Source: Promethearchaeota archaeon
GTDB lineage: Archaea; Asgardarchaeota; Lokiarchaeia; Sigyniarchaeales; SOKP01
Direction: 5' to 3'
DNA: 62,868 nucleotides
Assembly: GCA_019058295.1 (NCBI GenBank)
Contig: JAHPZI010000025.1
Coordinates: forward strand, 12,418-75,285
Position numbers and translations under genes: made by a program. Positions 29,167-40,011 of this stretch are shown piece by piece. Under the pieces are notes generated by a model. The model did not search any database, was not told where the DNA came from, and saw nothing but the letters and a program-made list of their open reading frames with translations. Position 1 is the stretch's first letter, and each line of letters opens with the position of its first letter.

Positions 29167-31431
29167 ATGAAAAATAACACTCAGATGAGTCTTTTTAAAA
29201 TATCTGTTGATAGAAGATATAAAGATCCTCTCTTATATCATCTCTCTAAAATTAATTCAGTTCATATTAAATCAAAAATAAAACCTGAATTAAAAAAAAC
29301 TGGTGAAGATTTCCCTTTTTCAGATAAGATAAAATCAGTAAGAAATAATTTAGATACTCTATTTAAAAAACTTAGAATAACAGAATCAGATTTTCAAGCA
29401 TTAAAATTTGAAAAAGAGGATAGAATTAAATTTGATACAAAAGATTTGCAAGAACTATTGAAATTCGTCTCAGAAGAAATAGATTTTTTCAATAATAGAG
29501 CTGTTGAATTAGAAAAATATATAACAAGAGCAAATATAGAATTAGATAATTTAAAATCTATAAAAAATTGTTATTCTTTTTTAGATAAATTTAATCTAAA
29601 TATTGCAGTTTTAAAAGTTTTTAAAAACTTAGATATAAAAGCTTATACAACTTTTACTAAAAATTTACCAAATCTAAGATCTTTTTTTGATATTTCACAA
29701 TTTCCAAATGTCCATCAAATAAGTCCACCCTCAGAGGATCGAATAAGTTTTTTTATTATATATCCAAAAGATAAAGAGGAGGATTTAAAAGATCGAATAA
29801 ATCTTGTTTACGCAGAAGAGGTTCCAATATTAAAAAAGTATCTAACTCATAAAGGAATAAATTTTGACCGGATTTTGAAAGAAATTGATTTAATTAGCAA
29901 ATCTCTAAACAAATATTTAAAAGAACAATCTCGTATAAGAAATGCAAATCTCCTTAAATTTGCTGCTATTAACGAAATCGTCCAAAATATTGAAGAATAT
30001 GATTGGGCTGAAAGGCAATTTGAAGAATTACCGTCTAAATATTTGTCCATTAAATTCTTTGTTCCATTAACCAGAAAAAATCAAATTATACAATATTTAA
30101 ATAAAAATTTAGGGAGTCATATAATAATTGAATCTATAAATATTGGAAAAGATAAATCTATAAATGAAATTAATGAATTTATAAAACTTGAATCGAAAGA
30201 ATCCAAAGAATCTGATGAACTGGATGATTTTGAACAAGAAGATAATGCTGATGCTGAGGGGAAAGATTTACGTGAAGAAACTCCAAGAGTTATGAAAAAT
30301 TTCTTTTTATTTAGACCGTTTGAGACATTAACAAAAATGTATGGTACTCCATCTTATTCTGAAATTGATCCGACCCCATTTTTATTCTTTACATTTCCCA
30401 TTCTCTTTGGTTTAATGTTTGGTGATATTGGACATGGTATATGCTTGATTATTGCAGGATTGGTTGGTGCAATGGTTTTTAGGAAAAAAAAAGGTAAAGA
30501 TTTTACTAATTATTGCTGGATAATATTTTGGTGTGGATGGGCTGCTGTAATAGTTGGTTTTTTATATGGAGAATTTTTTGGAATGCATGAAATTTTTGGA
30601 TATGAATTAAAACCTATAACTATATTTTCCATAACACTTCATAACCCATTAAATAATATCATTACTCTTTTTTTATTTGTGATTTTTATTGGAGTAGTTC
30701 ACATTTGTTTGGGCTGGTTTATTCAATTTTTAAATTATTGGAAACAAGGTTATAAATATTTTGCTTTCTCTGACTCTTTATGTAAAATTTTTTTTTTAGC
30801 TTTGGGAACTGTTTTACTCTTCGTTTGGCAATTTGATATCAACGCATGGTTTTCCCCTCCTTATCCAATTTTATTACCCTTAATCCCGGGATTAGCATTA
30901 TTTTTGCTTAAACCCCTTGGTAAGGCAATAGGTGTAAAACATTTAAGAGAAATGAAATATTCAGAATTAATAGGAGAAGGATCAATGGAGACTTTTGAAA
31001 CAATTTTATCTGTTTTGAGTAATGTTGCATCTTATGTAAGATTACTTGCTTTAGCATTAATTCATATTGCTTTAATGATTTCAATTGAAGCAATGATTTC
31101 TCTAATAAATACAGGTTTTATTTTTTGGGATCAATTCTTTATTGTAATTGGATTAATACTTGGAAATATAGTGGTAATTTTATTAGAGGGTCTCCTTGTT
31201 TTTATAAATGCGCTGAGGCTTAATTTTTATGAATTCTTTTTTAAATTTTATCAAGGTACTGGAATCGATTTTTTTCCTTTTTACTTAGACGATGATTATT
31301 CAGTCATTAATTTTAAAATCGAGTCAGATATAGATATAATTTCAAAAGAAATAGAGAAGGAAATAGAATCTGAAAAAATTAAAAAAGATATTGATGAAGC
31401 TTATCATTATATATCTAAAAAATTCTTTTAA
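29167..31431 (+). CDS. atpI: A/V-type ATPase subunit I/a
   Basis: YGTPSYSEIDPT, FGLMFGDIGHG, SYVRLLAL (essential Arg), LRLNFYEFF. Confidence 0.95.
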   Translation: MKNNTQMSLFKISVDRRYKDPLLYHLSKINSVHIKSKIKPELKKTGEDFPFSDKIKSVRNNLDTLFKKLRITESDFQALKFEKEDRIKFDTKDLQELLKFVSEEIDFFNNRAVELEKYITRANIELDNLKSIKNCYSFLDKFNLNIAVLKVFKNLDIKAYTTFTKNLPNLRSFFDISQFPNVHQISPPSEDRISFFIIYPKDKEEDLKDRINLVYAEEVPILKKYLTHKGINFDRILKEIDLISKSLNKYLKEQSRIRNANLLKFAAINEIVQNIEEYDWAERQFEELPSKYLSIKFFVPLTRKNQIIQYLNKNLGSHIIIESINIGKDKSINEINEFIKLESKESKESDELDDFEQEDNADAEGKDLREETPRVMKNFFLFRPFETLTKMYGTPSYSEIDPTPFLFFTFPILFGLMFGDIGHGICLIIAGLVGAMVFRKKKGKDFTNYCWIIFWCGWAAVIVGFLYGEFFGMHEIFGYELKPITIFSITLHNPLNNIITLFLFVIFIGVVHICLGWFIQFLNYWKQGYKYFAFSDSLCKIFFLALGTVLLFVWQFDINAWFSPPYPILLPLIPGLALFLLKPLGKAIGVKHLREMKYSELIGEGSMETFETILSVLSNVASYVRLLALALIHIALMISIEAMISLINTGFIFWDQFFIVIGLILGNIVVILLEGLLVFINALRLNFYEFFFKFYQGTGIDFFPFYLDDDYSVINFKIESDIDIISKEIEKEIESEKIKKDIDEAYHYISKKFF

Positions 31432-31471
31432 TCTTTAACTATTAATTAATTATTACTTTCAGAGTGAGAAT

Positions 31472-31930
31472 TTGGAAAAAAATAATAGAAAAACAAATGA
31501 AAAAACTACTAAAAGAAGTGCAACTTTAAAATCAATATTATTGCTTATCAATGCAATTATTATTCTAATTTTAGTTGCACTTTTTTATCAATATGGACCA
31601 AATCCTATAATTATATTTTTTATATTATTATTAGCTATTTTTACAATAGTAGGACCATTTTTAAGAAGAAAAAAGAAATCATTATATTCAAGTATTTTTC
31701 CAGATAAAACGAAAGCGAGAGAAAGACAACGATCTCAAAAAGAATTTATCAGAAAAAGAACCGAGATAATCACATCTAAAGAAGAAGAAATAACACCTAA
31801 TGATATTGATCTTGATATTAAATTTGGCAAATCTCTGAAATCTGTTATTCATAAATGTAGCAACTGTGGTATGACATTGACAAGTTTTATGAAAAAATGT
31901 CCTAACTGTGGAACATCTGTAATTGATTGA
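31472..31930 (+). CDS. Two-TM protein with C-terminal zinc ribbon
   Basis: Two TM segments; CSNCG...CPNCG. Confidence 0.75.
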   Translation: MEKNNRKTNEKTTKRSATLKSILLLINAIIILILVALFYQYGPNPIIIFFILLLAIFTIVGPFLRRKKKSLYSSIFPDKTKARERQRSQKEFIRKRTEIITSKEEEITPNDIDLDIKFGKSLKSVIHKCSNCGMTLTSFMKKCPNCGTSVID

Positions 31931-31953
31931 CTTTGTATCTATATCTTTTTAAT

Positions 31954-34900
31954 CTAACTTTTAAAGTGCTTTTTAACCAAAAAAATTGTTCCTTTCCATT
32001 TATGAGTCATTATGCATACTCTTTTAATATCTTTCATTTGTTCTCTGTAATAGTCCTCAAAATCTTCTATTAGCGCGTTTAATTTTTTCTTAATAACAGG
32101 ATTTTCTTCTTCAACAATAAGGACAAATACTACATCTTCAGTACTATTTAATTTAAACATGATTTTTCGATCTCCATGATCAATTGTTCTGATTTTTTTT
32201 TCCCCTTTTATAATTTCTTTTAACATACTCATCATCCCTATAATACCCCCAGAAATTATTAATGAATCATTTGAATCTCCCTCTATTAGAAATGGATGAT
32301 CATATAATAGTATACCACTATGGTAAATAATATATAAGTGGATTAATTTATCATACCAATTTATCATGGGCAACATTATAGTTATAGTCCTTTTACTCTT
32401 ATTTCTGTCAAATTCCCTTAATAAAACTCCTTGGTGGAGCTTCATAATATCGTCCGAATATTGCATTTCGAAGGGATACTCATCATATTTAGCTTCGATT
32501 TCATGATTTTTTATTTGGATTTTGGCGTAGTCATCTTTCTTTTGTAATGATATAGATATCTTCTCTTGTTTAGGTGTATTTTTCATTGAGCTAATTAAAA
32601 AATACTCAAAAATCTGTTTAAATCTGATCTTATCAACTTCAGCGAAAATTTCTTCTCTTACTTTTAAAGTTATTCCAACTTCCCGGAATTTTAAATTCTC
32701 GTAGGCTTCATGGATACATTCATTTACAATCTCGTTAATATTTTCAATCTGCTTTTTTAATTGAAATTTATGAGATTCAATTTTTGAAATATCAAGAATT
32801 CTTTCTATCATATTGGTCGATTTTTCTCCACCTTCCCTAATAAGTTCTAATAATCTTTGAGCATTGGTATCTAATTGATCTTGGTACGATTCAATAAGGA
32901 CCTCTGAAACATCAGAAATAACGCTAAGAGGGTATTTTAATTTTTCAGATAATTGAGTTGTTAAATCCCGTTTTATTACATCCAGTTCTTTTAATTTTTC
33001 TCTTTCCTTTTTGATCAATTCTTTTGCTTCTTTTCTCTCGGTAATATCTCGATACACTCCATAAAAGCCAATTTTATTCCCTTGGGAATCATACTTTAAA
33101 TTTACTGAAGCTTCAATATATTTATGAGGTCCCTCTTTGGGAATCGTTTCATATTCAATTACTATTTGATCAACTTCTCCTTTAATAAGTTTTTTAGACT
33201 TTTCAAGAATATTATCTATATCCTTATCTGCAATAACTTGATTGACTTTCATTTTATACAATTCATCTTTAGAATATCCTGAAAATTCACTAACTCTTTT
33301 ATTAACGAAAGTAAAATTCCCTTTAAGATCTGTTTCAATATAACCCTCTCTCATGTTCTCAAGAATACTACGATATTTTTCTTCGGATTCCCTTAATTTT
33401 TCTTCAGCTAGTTTCCTTTTATTGATGTCTCTTGATATAAGAATACCTTTAATAAAGCCATCGCGATCTTTAAACAATTTTCCTCTAACTTCAAGCCAGA
33501 GATATGTGTCATCTTTTTTTCTAAACCTTAATTCTGAAGTTTCTTCCCCTTTCTTAATTCCCTTTCTCCATTTTTTCATCACTTTTCTAACATCATCTGG
33601 ATGTAACATTTCAACCGCAGGTTTTCCTAATAATTCATCTTTAGAATAGCCTAAAACATCTTGATGAGCTTTCTCATTAACATACTCATACTCAAATTTT
33701 TCGTTAATAACTGTTATCATATCGTAAGCGTTTTCTGAGATTACCCTGTACTTTTTTTCAGAATCTTTGAGCATTTGTTCTGCTATTTTTCTAGAGGTTA
33801 TATCTTGTGAGACAACCTGAATTAACGTCTCATTATCCAAAACAATTAAAGATACACTTGATTCAACCCATTTTTTAACATCCTCTTTATTATTGAATTC
33901 AAATTCGATAGGTTCTGTTAAATCGTTTTTTATCGCTTTTTTAAAAGTTTCTATTAACCAAGGAGTTTTTTCTTTTGGAATCGTAAATAAATCTATATAT
34001 TTATTTCCTAAAATTTTATCCATAGATAAACCAATAAGAGTAGCTGTTTCTTTATTGCAATCAATTATAACTCCTTTACTGTTTAATAGAGCTATTGAAT
34101 TAGGTGAATTTTCAACCAATGATCTATACTTTTCTTCCGATTCTCTAATCTTCTGTTCGGAGTTTATTCTTCCAGTAATATCTCTAGATATTATTAGTCC
34201 CTTCAATTGGTCATCTCTATCTCTAAATAATTTACCTCTACTCTCAAGCCAGATCCAATTACCATCTTTTTGTTTAAATCTTAGTTGCAGCATGGCTTCT
34301 CCAGTTCTAAACCCTTTATTTAGAGCTTCAATAACTATTGTCTTATCGGAAGGATGGATGAATTCTAAAACTGATTTACCTATTGCATCATTATTATTAT
34401 ATCCCATTAATCTAGACGTAGTTTCTTCATTGATATATTCATACTCGAATTTCTCATTAATCACAGCAATCATATCATTGGCATTTTCAGAAATAAGTCT
34501 ATATTTCTCTTCTGATTCTCTTAGTTTTTCCTCCGTATGTTTCTTTTCAGTAATATCCCGTAGTGCAGAAATCAAATTTATGCTACTACCATCTTCATCA
34601 TTGTAATAATCAGCTGAACCTGATAACCAAACATAATGGCCATCTCCATGCAATACTCTATATTCGACTTGTTCTTTTAAAAAATTACGTTTTTCTCTCA
34701 CAAATCGGCGTAATAACTCAGCTAATCTTCCTAAATCGTCTGGATGTATATGTTTAAATATTTTTGTTCCAGGTTTTATTTTTCTTCCTAAGATTTTCTC
34801 CAATTGAGGAGAGCTAAACTTTAAAATTCCATCTATTCCATATACAATAATTGCGTCTTTCGTATTTTCTATAATATTTCTATATTTCTCTTCTGATTCT

Positions 34901-36411
34901 CTTAATTTTTTCTCAGCTTCCTTTATATCCGTTATATTAGTAACAATTAACATGACTAAATCAGAATCTCCACCACGCTTAATAGGGATAAAACGTGTTG
35001 TATACCATGCTTCAGCAAATCCAGGAACATCAATAGTTAATGGAAATCCCGTTTCAAAAACCTTTTCAAAAGAATGCTTATACATATCTTGATTTTCTGG
35101 CATTAAATACTCGTATAAATTCATTCCAATAACAGGTTCTTTTATGATTTTTTGTGGTATATGGTTTATATACTGTATTATATTATTACGATCAACTGTT
35201 ATGATAAAATCTGGGGTGTTTTCTAATAAAGAGGTAAGTTGTGCTTCTGATTCTTTTAATTTTTGCTCTGACTCTTTTTGTTCAATAATAATTTTTAATC
35301 TATTTCCAATTTCTTTGATTAAATCTATTTCACTTTTAAGAAATGGAACATTTTCAAGGAAATAAACTGAAATCATTAATGGCTTTTCATTAATAATAAC
35401 TTGAGTTGAGAATTTCCATTTAGTCTTCCTTAAATTATCAGTTTCATACTTTTTATCATTATATATGATTCTTGCACATGTAAGTGTCGGAAATTGACAA
35501 GCATGAGGAATTAATTCCAAGATGCTTTCAATTACATCATTTATTGAGAGATCTGGGCTATCTATTATTGTGGAAATACTATATAAACAATTGAGTTCTC
35601 TTACTAATTTTCTAAGATTATTATCAAATTCCTCTAGTTTTTTCTCTGCTTCTTTACGCTCGGTAATATCTCTCGCTATTATAATTGCAAACATATCACC
35701 TTCTTCATTCGTATTTGTTTTACCTTTAACATCGATCCACATCCAATTTCCATCTTTATGTCTAACTCTTACTTCCTCTTTGCCTTCACCCTCTTTAAAA
35801 CCATTTTTTAGGGCATCATAGGCCTTCTTAATATCATCGGGATGAAGTACTTCTGATATATTCTTACCTATTAAATCGCCCTTTGTTCGACCTTTTATGG
35901 TAATAGCTGCCTTTTCATTAAGATATTCGATTTCAAAATTTTGATTAATAATTCCTATCATATCAATCGCATTCTCAGCAATAAGTCGATATTTTTCCTC
36001 GGATTCTCTCAATTTTAGTTCAGTTTGCTTTCTTGCTGTAACATCATTAGCAATTCCAATAATTGCGCAAATTTTTCCATTTCCCTTTATTGGAATCCCA
36101 TAAGTTTCAATATAAACAGCGTCGCTATTTTTTGTCTTAAGTTTAAGTTCAATGTAATCTCGATTTCTTCCATTTTTTATAATTTCTTTTACTCCATTAA
36201 AAAACTTTTCAGTATATTCTTGATCAAGCAAATCATTCAACATTATATCCATAAGTTCTTCTCTCTTATATCCAAAAGTCTCTAGAGCAATGTCATTTGC
36301 ATCAATAAAAATTCCATTTACATCTATAACATATATTAAGTCTAAAGAGCTATTAAATAGCTCTTTATAATGTTCCCTAACATTTTCCCGAATGGAAATA
36401 ACTTCTTCCAA
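31954..36411 (-). CDS. Multi-PAS sensor with degenerate HisKA/HATPase and C-terminal longin-like domain
   Basis: About 8 PAS/PAC units (RDITERK...ESEEKYR); H-box reads LSEKLKYPL. Confidence 0.85.
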   Translation of the reverse strand: MEEVISIRENVREHYKELFNSSLDLIYVIDVNGIFIDANDIALETFGYKREELMDIMLNDLLDQEYTEKFFNGVKEIIKNGRNRDYIELKLKTKNSDAVYIETYGIPIKGNGKICAIIGIANDVTARKQTELKLRESEEKYRLIAENAIDMIGIINQNFEIEYLNEKAAITIKGRTKGDLIGKNISEVLHPDDIKKAYDALKNGFKEGEGKEEVRVRHKDGNWMWIDVKGKTNTNEEGDMFAIIIARDITERKEAEKKLEEFDNNLRKLVRELNCLYSISTIIDSPDLSINDVIESILELIPHACQFPTLTCARIIYNDKKYETDNLRKTKWKFSTQVIINEKPLMISVYFLENVPFLKSEIDLIKEIGNRLKIIIEQKESEQKLKESEAQLTSLLENTPDFIITVDRNNIIQYINHIPQKIIKEPVIGMNLYEYLMPENQDMYKHSFEKVFETGFPLTIDVPGFAEAWYTTRFIPIKRGGDSDLVMLIVTNITDIKEAEKKLRESEEKYRNIIENTKDAIIVYGIDGILKFSSPQLEKILGRKIKPGTKIFKHIHPDDLGRLAELLRRFVREKRNFLKEQVEYRVLHGDGHYVWLSGSADYYNDEDGSSINLISALRDITEKKHTEEKLRESEEKYRLISENANDMIAVINEKFEYEYINEETTSRLMGYNNNDAIGKSVLEFIHPSDKTIVIEALNKGFRTGEAMLQLRFKQKDGNWIWLESRGKLFRDRDDQLKGLIISRDITGRINSEQKIRESEEKYRSLVENSPNSIALLNSKGVIIDCNKETATLIGLSMDKILGNKYIDLFTIPKEKTPWLIETFKKAIKNDLTEPIEFEFNNKEDVKKWVESSVSLIVLDNETLIQVVSQDITSRKIAEQMLKDSEKKYRVISENAYDMITVINEKFEYEYVNEKAHQDVLGYSKDELLGKPAVEMLHPDDVRKVMKKWRKGIKKGEETSELRFRKKDDTYLWLEVRGKLFKDRDGFIKGILISRDINKRKLAEEKLRESEEKYRSILENMREGYIETDLKGNFTFVNKRVSEFSGYSKDELYKMKVNQVIADKDIDNILEKSKKLIKGEVDQIVIEYETIPKEGPHKYIEASVNLKYDSQGNKIGFYGVYRDITERKEAKELIKKEREKLKELDVIKRDLTTQLSEKLKYPLSVISDVSEVLIESYQDQLDTNAQRLLELIREGGEKSTNMIERILDISKIESHKFQLKKQIENINEIVNECIHEAYENLKFREVGITLKVREEIFAEVDKIRFKQIFEYFLISSMKNTPKQEKISISLQKKDDYAKIQIKNHEIEAKYDEYPFEMQYSDDIMKLHQGVLLREFDRNKSKRTITIMLPMINWYDKLIHLYIIYHSGILLYDHPFLIEGDSNDSLIISGGIIGMMSMLKEIIKGEKKIRTIDHGDRKIMFKLNSTEDVVFVLIVEEENPVIKKKLNALIEDFEDYYREQMKDIKRVCIMTHKWKGTIFLVKKHFKS

Positions 36412-36685
36412 TTAATTTTCACCTTATCTTTTTATTGGACTTAATTAGCCTAATTATTAAGTTAATTGGGTTAACCAAATAATCGAACATAATCAGATTT
36501 TCACTACTTCCTCTATTTATTAAAGTGTAAAAAGGATTTATATAATATCATTTGTCCAGTATATAAATAACAAAAAAATACTTATTTATATCCTCGCTTT
36601 AGAATCAGATTTTAATGGTTTTATTAAATGAAAAAAACTTATTTTAAAGCTCTTATTATAACATATTGTATTTAATAATATCCAA

Positions 36686-36756
36686 GCGCTCGTAGTATAG
36701 GGGTAGAATATCAGGTTCCCAACCTGATGACCCGGGTTCAATTCCCGGCGGGCGCA
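36686..36756 (+). tRNA. tRNA-Gly(CCC)
   Basis: Acceptor GCGCTCG/CGGGCGC-A; anticodon arm TCAGG-TTCCCAA-CCTGA; T arm CCGGG-TTCAATT-CCCGG. Confidence 0.96.
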
Positions 36757-36765
36757 TTTGATTTT

Positions 36766-38955
36766 TTACCAAGATAACCCTTTTAAAAAACGTAAATCAT
36801 TTATTAAATTCTCTGCTTCGTGTGATGGAACCTCCAAAAACGCAAAAAGCTCATTTTGCCAAAATGCTCTACCAGATGTGGCAGATCTTATCTCTTCAGC
36901 AAATTTGATTGAATGTCTAACTGGTAATAATATCTCAATTATCGCTTGATAATCATTTTCTTGATTAATTTCTTTTATTTTTGCAGAATATTTTGTTAAT
37001 AATGAAACAGTCTTTTTTATGTAATCGGGAGGGAGTTGTATTATAGTATGATAAATTGGTTCCATAAGAATAAGTTCAGCTTCATTTAACGCTTTTTTGA
37101 TTGCCTCATAAAACATCGCAGATAATTCTGTGAATGCTGTTTGCTCATCGATACTGGTGATATTTAAAACGTTAATAATAATTTTAAGTTCGGTTAGTTT
37201 TTCACCACATAGAGGGCCATTTAAACTAATATTCTCAATGATTTCTATTACTAAATTTTTAAGGAACTCGTCAAATTCGTTTTTCTCTTGACAAATTAAT
37301 AAATTTAAATGATCATTACAATTCCAAAAATTCTCAATTTCTGAATCTGAAAGATTTGTGTTTTCTTTTAGTGCTGTTTGAAGCTTCTCACGAGGTTTGA
37401 ATGCTCTATAATCATGTGTTTGGAAAAATTTCAACGTTTTTTCATCCAGCCTTTCAATTTTTAGTTCAAGTGAATTCTGGTTATTAGGAGCTACTACTTT
37501 TATTATAGAAGATTGAGTTCTACATGATTCCTTAAAAACTGGTCTGGGTTCTGATGTTGAAACTTTAATACCTCTTTTTTCAATATCATTAACAGTAATT
37601 TCAAGATGTAAGGGACCCATTCCAGAAAGTAAAAATTCTCCATTTTCCTCATTAATTTCAAATTTGAGATTAGGATCTTCAATAAGTAAGTTCTCAATTA
37701 GTTCCTTCATTTTATCTAATTCTCTCAAATATTCAGGTTCTATTGATACTGAAACTACTGGTGTGGATATATATTTAACATTCTCAAAAGGAACCATCTT
37801 CTCAATATAACTAGGATCGACAATTGTCTCACCGCTACGAATCTTTTTAAGCCCTTCGAGCGCAACTACATTCCCTACTGGAATGGAATCAACTTGTTCA
37901 CGCCTCTGCCCCATAAAGATTGCTATGCGTTGAATGGTTTCATAATTATTTTCTCTTAATAAGAAAACTTCTGTTTTATTTGAACATTGTCCTGAAAAAA
38001 TTCTTCCTGTTGCGACTAACCTATTTTTATCTGCTTGAACCTTACTCAAACAAATAATTAACGGTCCCTTAGGCTCGCAAGATATCATTGCTTTCCCAAC
38101 ATGAGAATCTAATTCCCCCTCATATATTTTTTTAATTCTATATTTTTGAGCTTCAATAGGATTTGGTAAGTGATCTACAACCATTTCCAACACAGCCCTG
38201 TGAATTGGAAGATAAACAGCTAAATCCGCATAAGTTTCTTTGGAATAGGTCTCTTTATTGTATCTTTGTTTAATGTCCTTAAATTTCAAATCACTTTTTT
38301 CTATGATATTTACAGTAAATCCCCATTTATGGAGCGCTGATCCAAATGCTACGTTTCCATCTGCAGGAGAAACTTTCCATTCCTCATTAAAAGGAGGATC
38401 TGCATATCTCTCAATGAGAGTATTAAAATCTTTAATTATTCTAATATACTTTTTTCTAATATCTTCATCTCCAAGCTTTAATTCTCTGATAAGGCGATCG
38501 ACTTTATTAATGAAAAGTACAGGTTTGACGCCTTCTTGTAATGCTTGTCTTATGACGGTTTCCGATTGGGTTATAATTTCTTCTACGGCATCAACAACTA
38601 CAACAACACCATCAACAAGTCTTAATGCTCGAGTGACCTTTCCGCTGAAATCTAAATGTCCTGGTGTGTCAACAAGATTTATAAGAAAAGGTTCGTGTTC
38701 TTCAAGAGTTTTTTCGTAATAAAGTGAAATATTTGTAGATTTCATCGTAATACCACGTTTCTGTTCTTCTTCAAGATAATCGAGGGCCCGAGCTTCACCC
38801 GCTAAATCTGGAGACAAAAATCCTGCTTCACTTAAAAGAGAATCACTTAGAGTTGTTTTACCGTGGTCTATATGACCAACAAAACCAATATTTCTAATTT
38901 GATGAGTCTTTTCCATTAATTTTAGAATTTCAGAAATTTCCTTGCGCCGTGGCAT
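36766..38955 (-). CDS. Elongation factor 2-like GTPase (probable aEF-2 paralog)
   Basis: GHIDHGKTT, RGIT, DTPGH, NKVD, GMGPLHLE; domain IV lacks HRG. Confidence 0.9.
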   Translation of the reverse strand: MPRRKEISEILKLMEKTHQIRNIGFVGHIDHGKTTLSDSLLSEAGFLSPDLAGEARALDYLEEEQKRGITMKSTNISLYYEKTLEEHEPFLINLVDTPGHLDFSGKVTRALRLVDGVVVVVDAVEEIITQSETVIRQALQEGVKPVLFINKVDRLIRELKLGDEDIRKKYIRIIKDFNTLIERYADPPFNEEWKVSPADGNVAFGSALHKWGFTVNIIEKSDLKFKDIKQRYNKETYSKETYADLAVYLPIHRAVLEMVVDHLPNPIEAQKYRIKKIYEGELDSHVGKAMISCEPKGPLIICLSKVQADKNRLVATGRIFSGQCSNKTEVFLLRENNYETIQRIAIFMGQRREQVDSIPVGNVVALEGLKKIRSGETIVDPSYIEKMVPFENVKYISTPVVSVSIEPEYLRELDKMKELIENLLIEDPNLKFEINEENGEFLLSGMGPLHLEITVNDIEKRGIKVSTSEPRPVFKESCRTQSSIIKVVAPNNQNSLELKIERLDEKTLKFFQTHDYRAFKPREKLQTALKENTNLSDSEIENFWNCNDHLNLLICQEKNEFDEFLKNLVIEIIENISLNGPLCGEKLTELKIIINVLNITSIDEQTAFTELSAMFYEAIKKALNEAELILMEPIYHTIIQLPPDYIKKTVSLLTKYSAKIKEINQENDYQAIIEILLPVRHSIKFAEEIRSATSGRAFWQNELFAFLEVPSHEAENLINDLRFLKGLSW

Positions 38956-39184
38956 TGCTTTTTATAAAAATATTCCTAAATCTTATTAATACAAATAAAT
39001 AATACGATTAAAATTTTAGTATTGATAATCTACAGAGGAAATGGGGGTTTTGTTAATCATGATTATGGATTTACTTTTGTTTATTTTGTATATCTTTTTA
39101 TATAATGAAAATCAGTATTAAACATACGAACTCACCAATTAATTAATTAATAAAATAAAAAAAATTTTTGAGGCTGTAAATAAA

Positions 39185-39682
39185 ATGAGTGCGAGATTAC
39201 CTTTAATTATCGTAGGCGCAGTATTGATGATTGTGTCTATTTTTTTACCAACTCTATACTGGTATGTACATATGGAAGCTTTTGGTGTTGAAGTTGATGG
39301 TGCAATATATTACTGGATGTATGGTTTAATTTATGCCATAATAACAGCAAAATCAGAATATACAGATACAGAATATACAAGTTCATATGTTGGTATTGAC
39401 CCCGATCCACTTGGCGTAATTTTTATGATGCTAATTATTGCAGGTGCAATAGTGGCACTGGTATTAGGGACAGCCACAGAACAAAAAGTTGCTTTTATTG
39501 GGGGATTACTTGGATTACTTGGCATAATCGGTTTTTATGTAAGTGTTCTAATGGCAATACCTATGACCCCTACACATGTGATTGTAGAAGAAGGTTTTTA
39601 TCCTTTGCCCTTCATTGGATTTTTTGTATGTATAACAGGCGGGATCCTAGCTTTAGTTGGAGGAGTATTAGAAAAATACTAA
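39185..39682 (+). CDS. Small 4-TM membrane protein
   Basis: Four hydrophobic Gly-rich segments with a loop after TM1. Confidence 0.75.
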   Translation: MSARLPLIIVGAVLMIVSIFLPTLYWYVHMEAFGVEVDGAIYYWMYGLIYAIITAKSEYTDTEYTSSYVGIDPDPLGVIFMMLIIAGAIVALVLGTATEQKVAFIGGLLGLLGIIGFYVSVLMAIPMTPTHVIVEEGFYPLPFIGFFVCITGGILALVGGVLEKY

Positions 39683-40011
39683 ATTTAAAATTTTTTTCTT
39701 TTTTTTTTTTTGGATTTTATATTTGGTCATTACAACATCAATAAGTATAATTTTTAACCCTTTCAAAAAGCATCAAGTTTATTAATAAAATCTATTTTAT
39801 CTTAAAACATATAAGGATGAGCTTTAATCTTTAAAAAATATAAGCAATAATTCTATAAGCTACGAAATCTTTTTTATTAAAAAGTGGAAGAGGGAAATGA
39901 TTCTTCATAACTCAAGATCTTCTACATTTATCGATTTAAGCTAATCGATTTCAGATGGGTCAGAGCATTCAATAAAATCATTTCCCATAATAAAAGTATC
40001 TAATCTTTTAT

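Noticed and set aside
33353-36285. Several + strand ORFs (up to 237 aa) inside the PAS gene
   Set aside because: Antisense shadows of the repetitive PAS coding sequence (Ser/Phe/Leu-rich, no motifs)
38258-38719. 153-aa ORF antisense to EF-2, and similar short overlapping ORFs throughout the window
   Set aside because: Fully overlap well-supported genes; no independent evidence
39880-39988. Minus-strand MGNDFIECSDPSEID*LKSINVEDLEL* downstream of purN
   Set aside because: Possibly a gene remnant, but too short to assign; no evidence of readthrough
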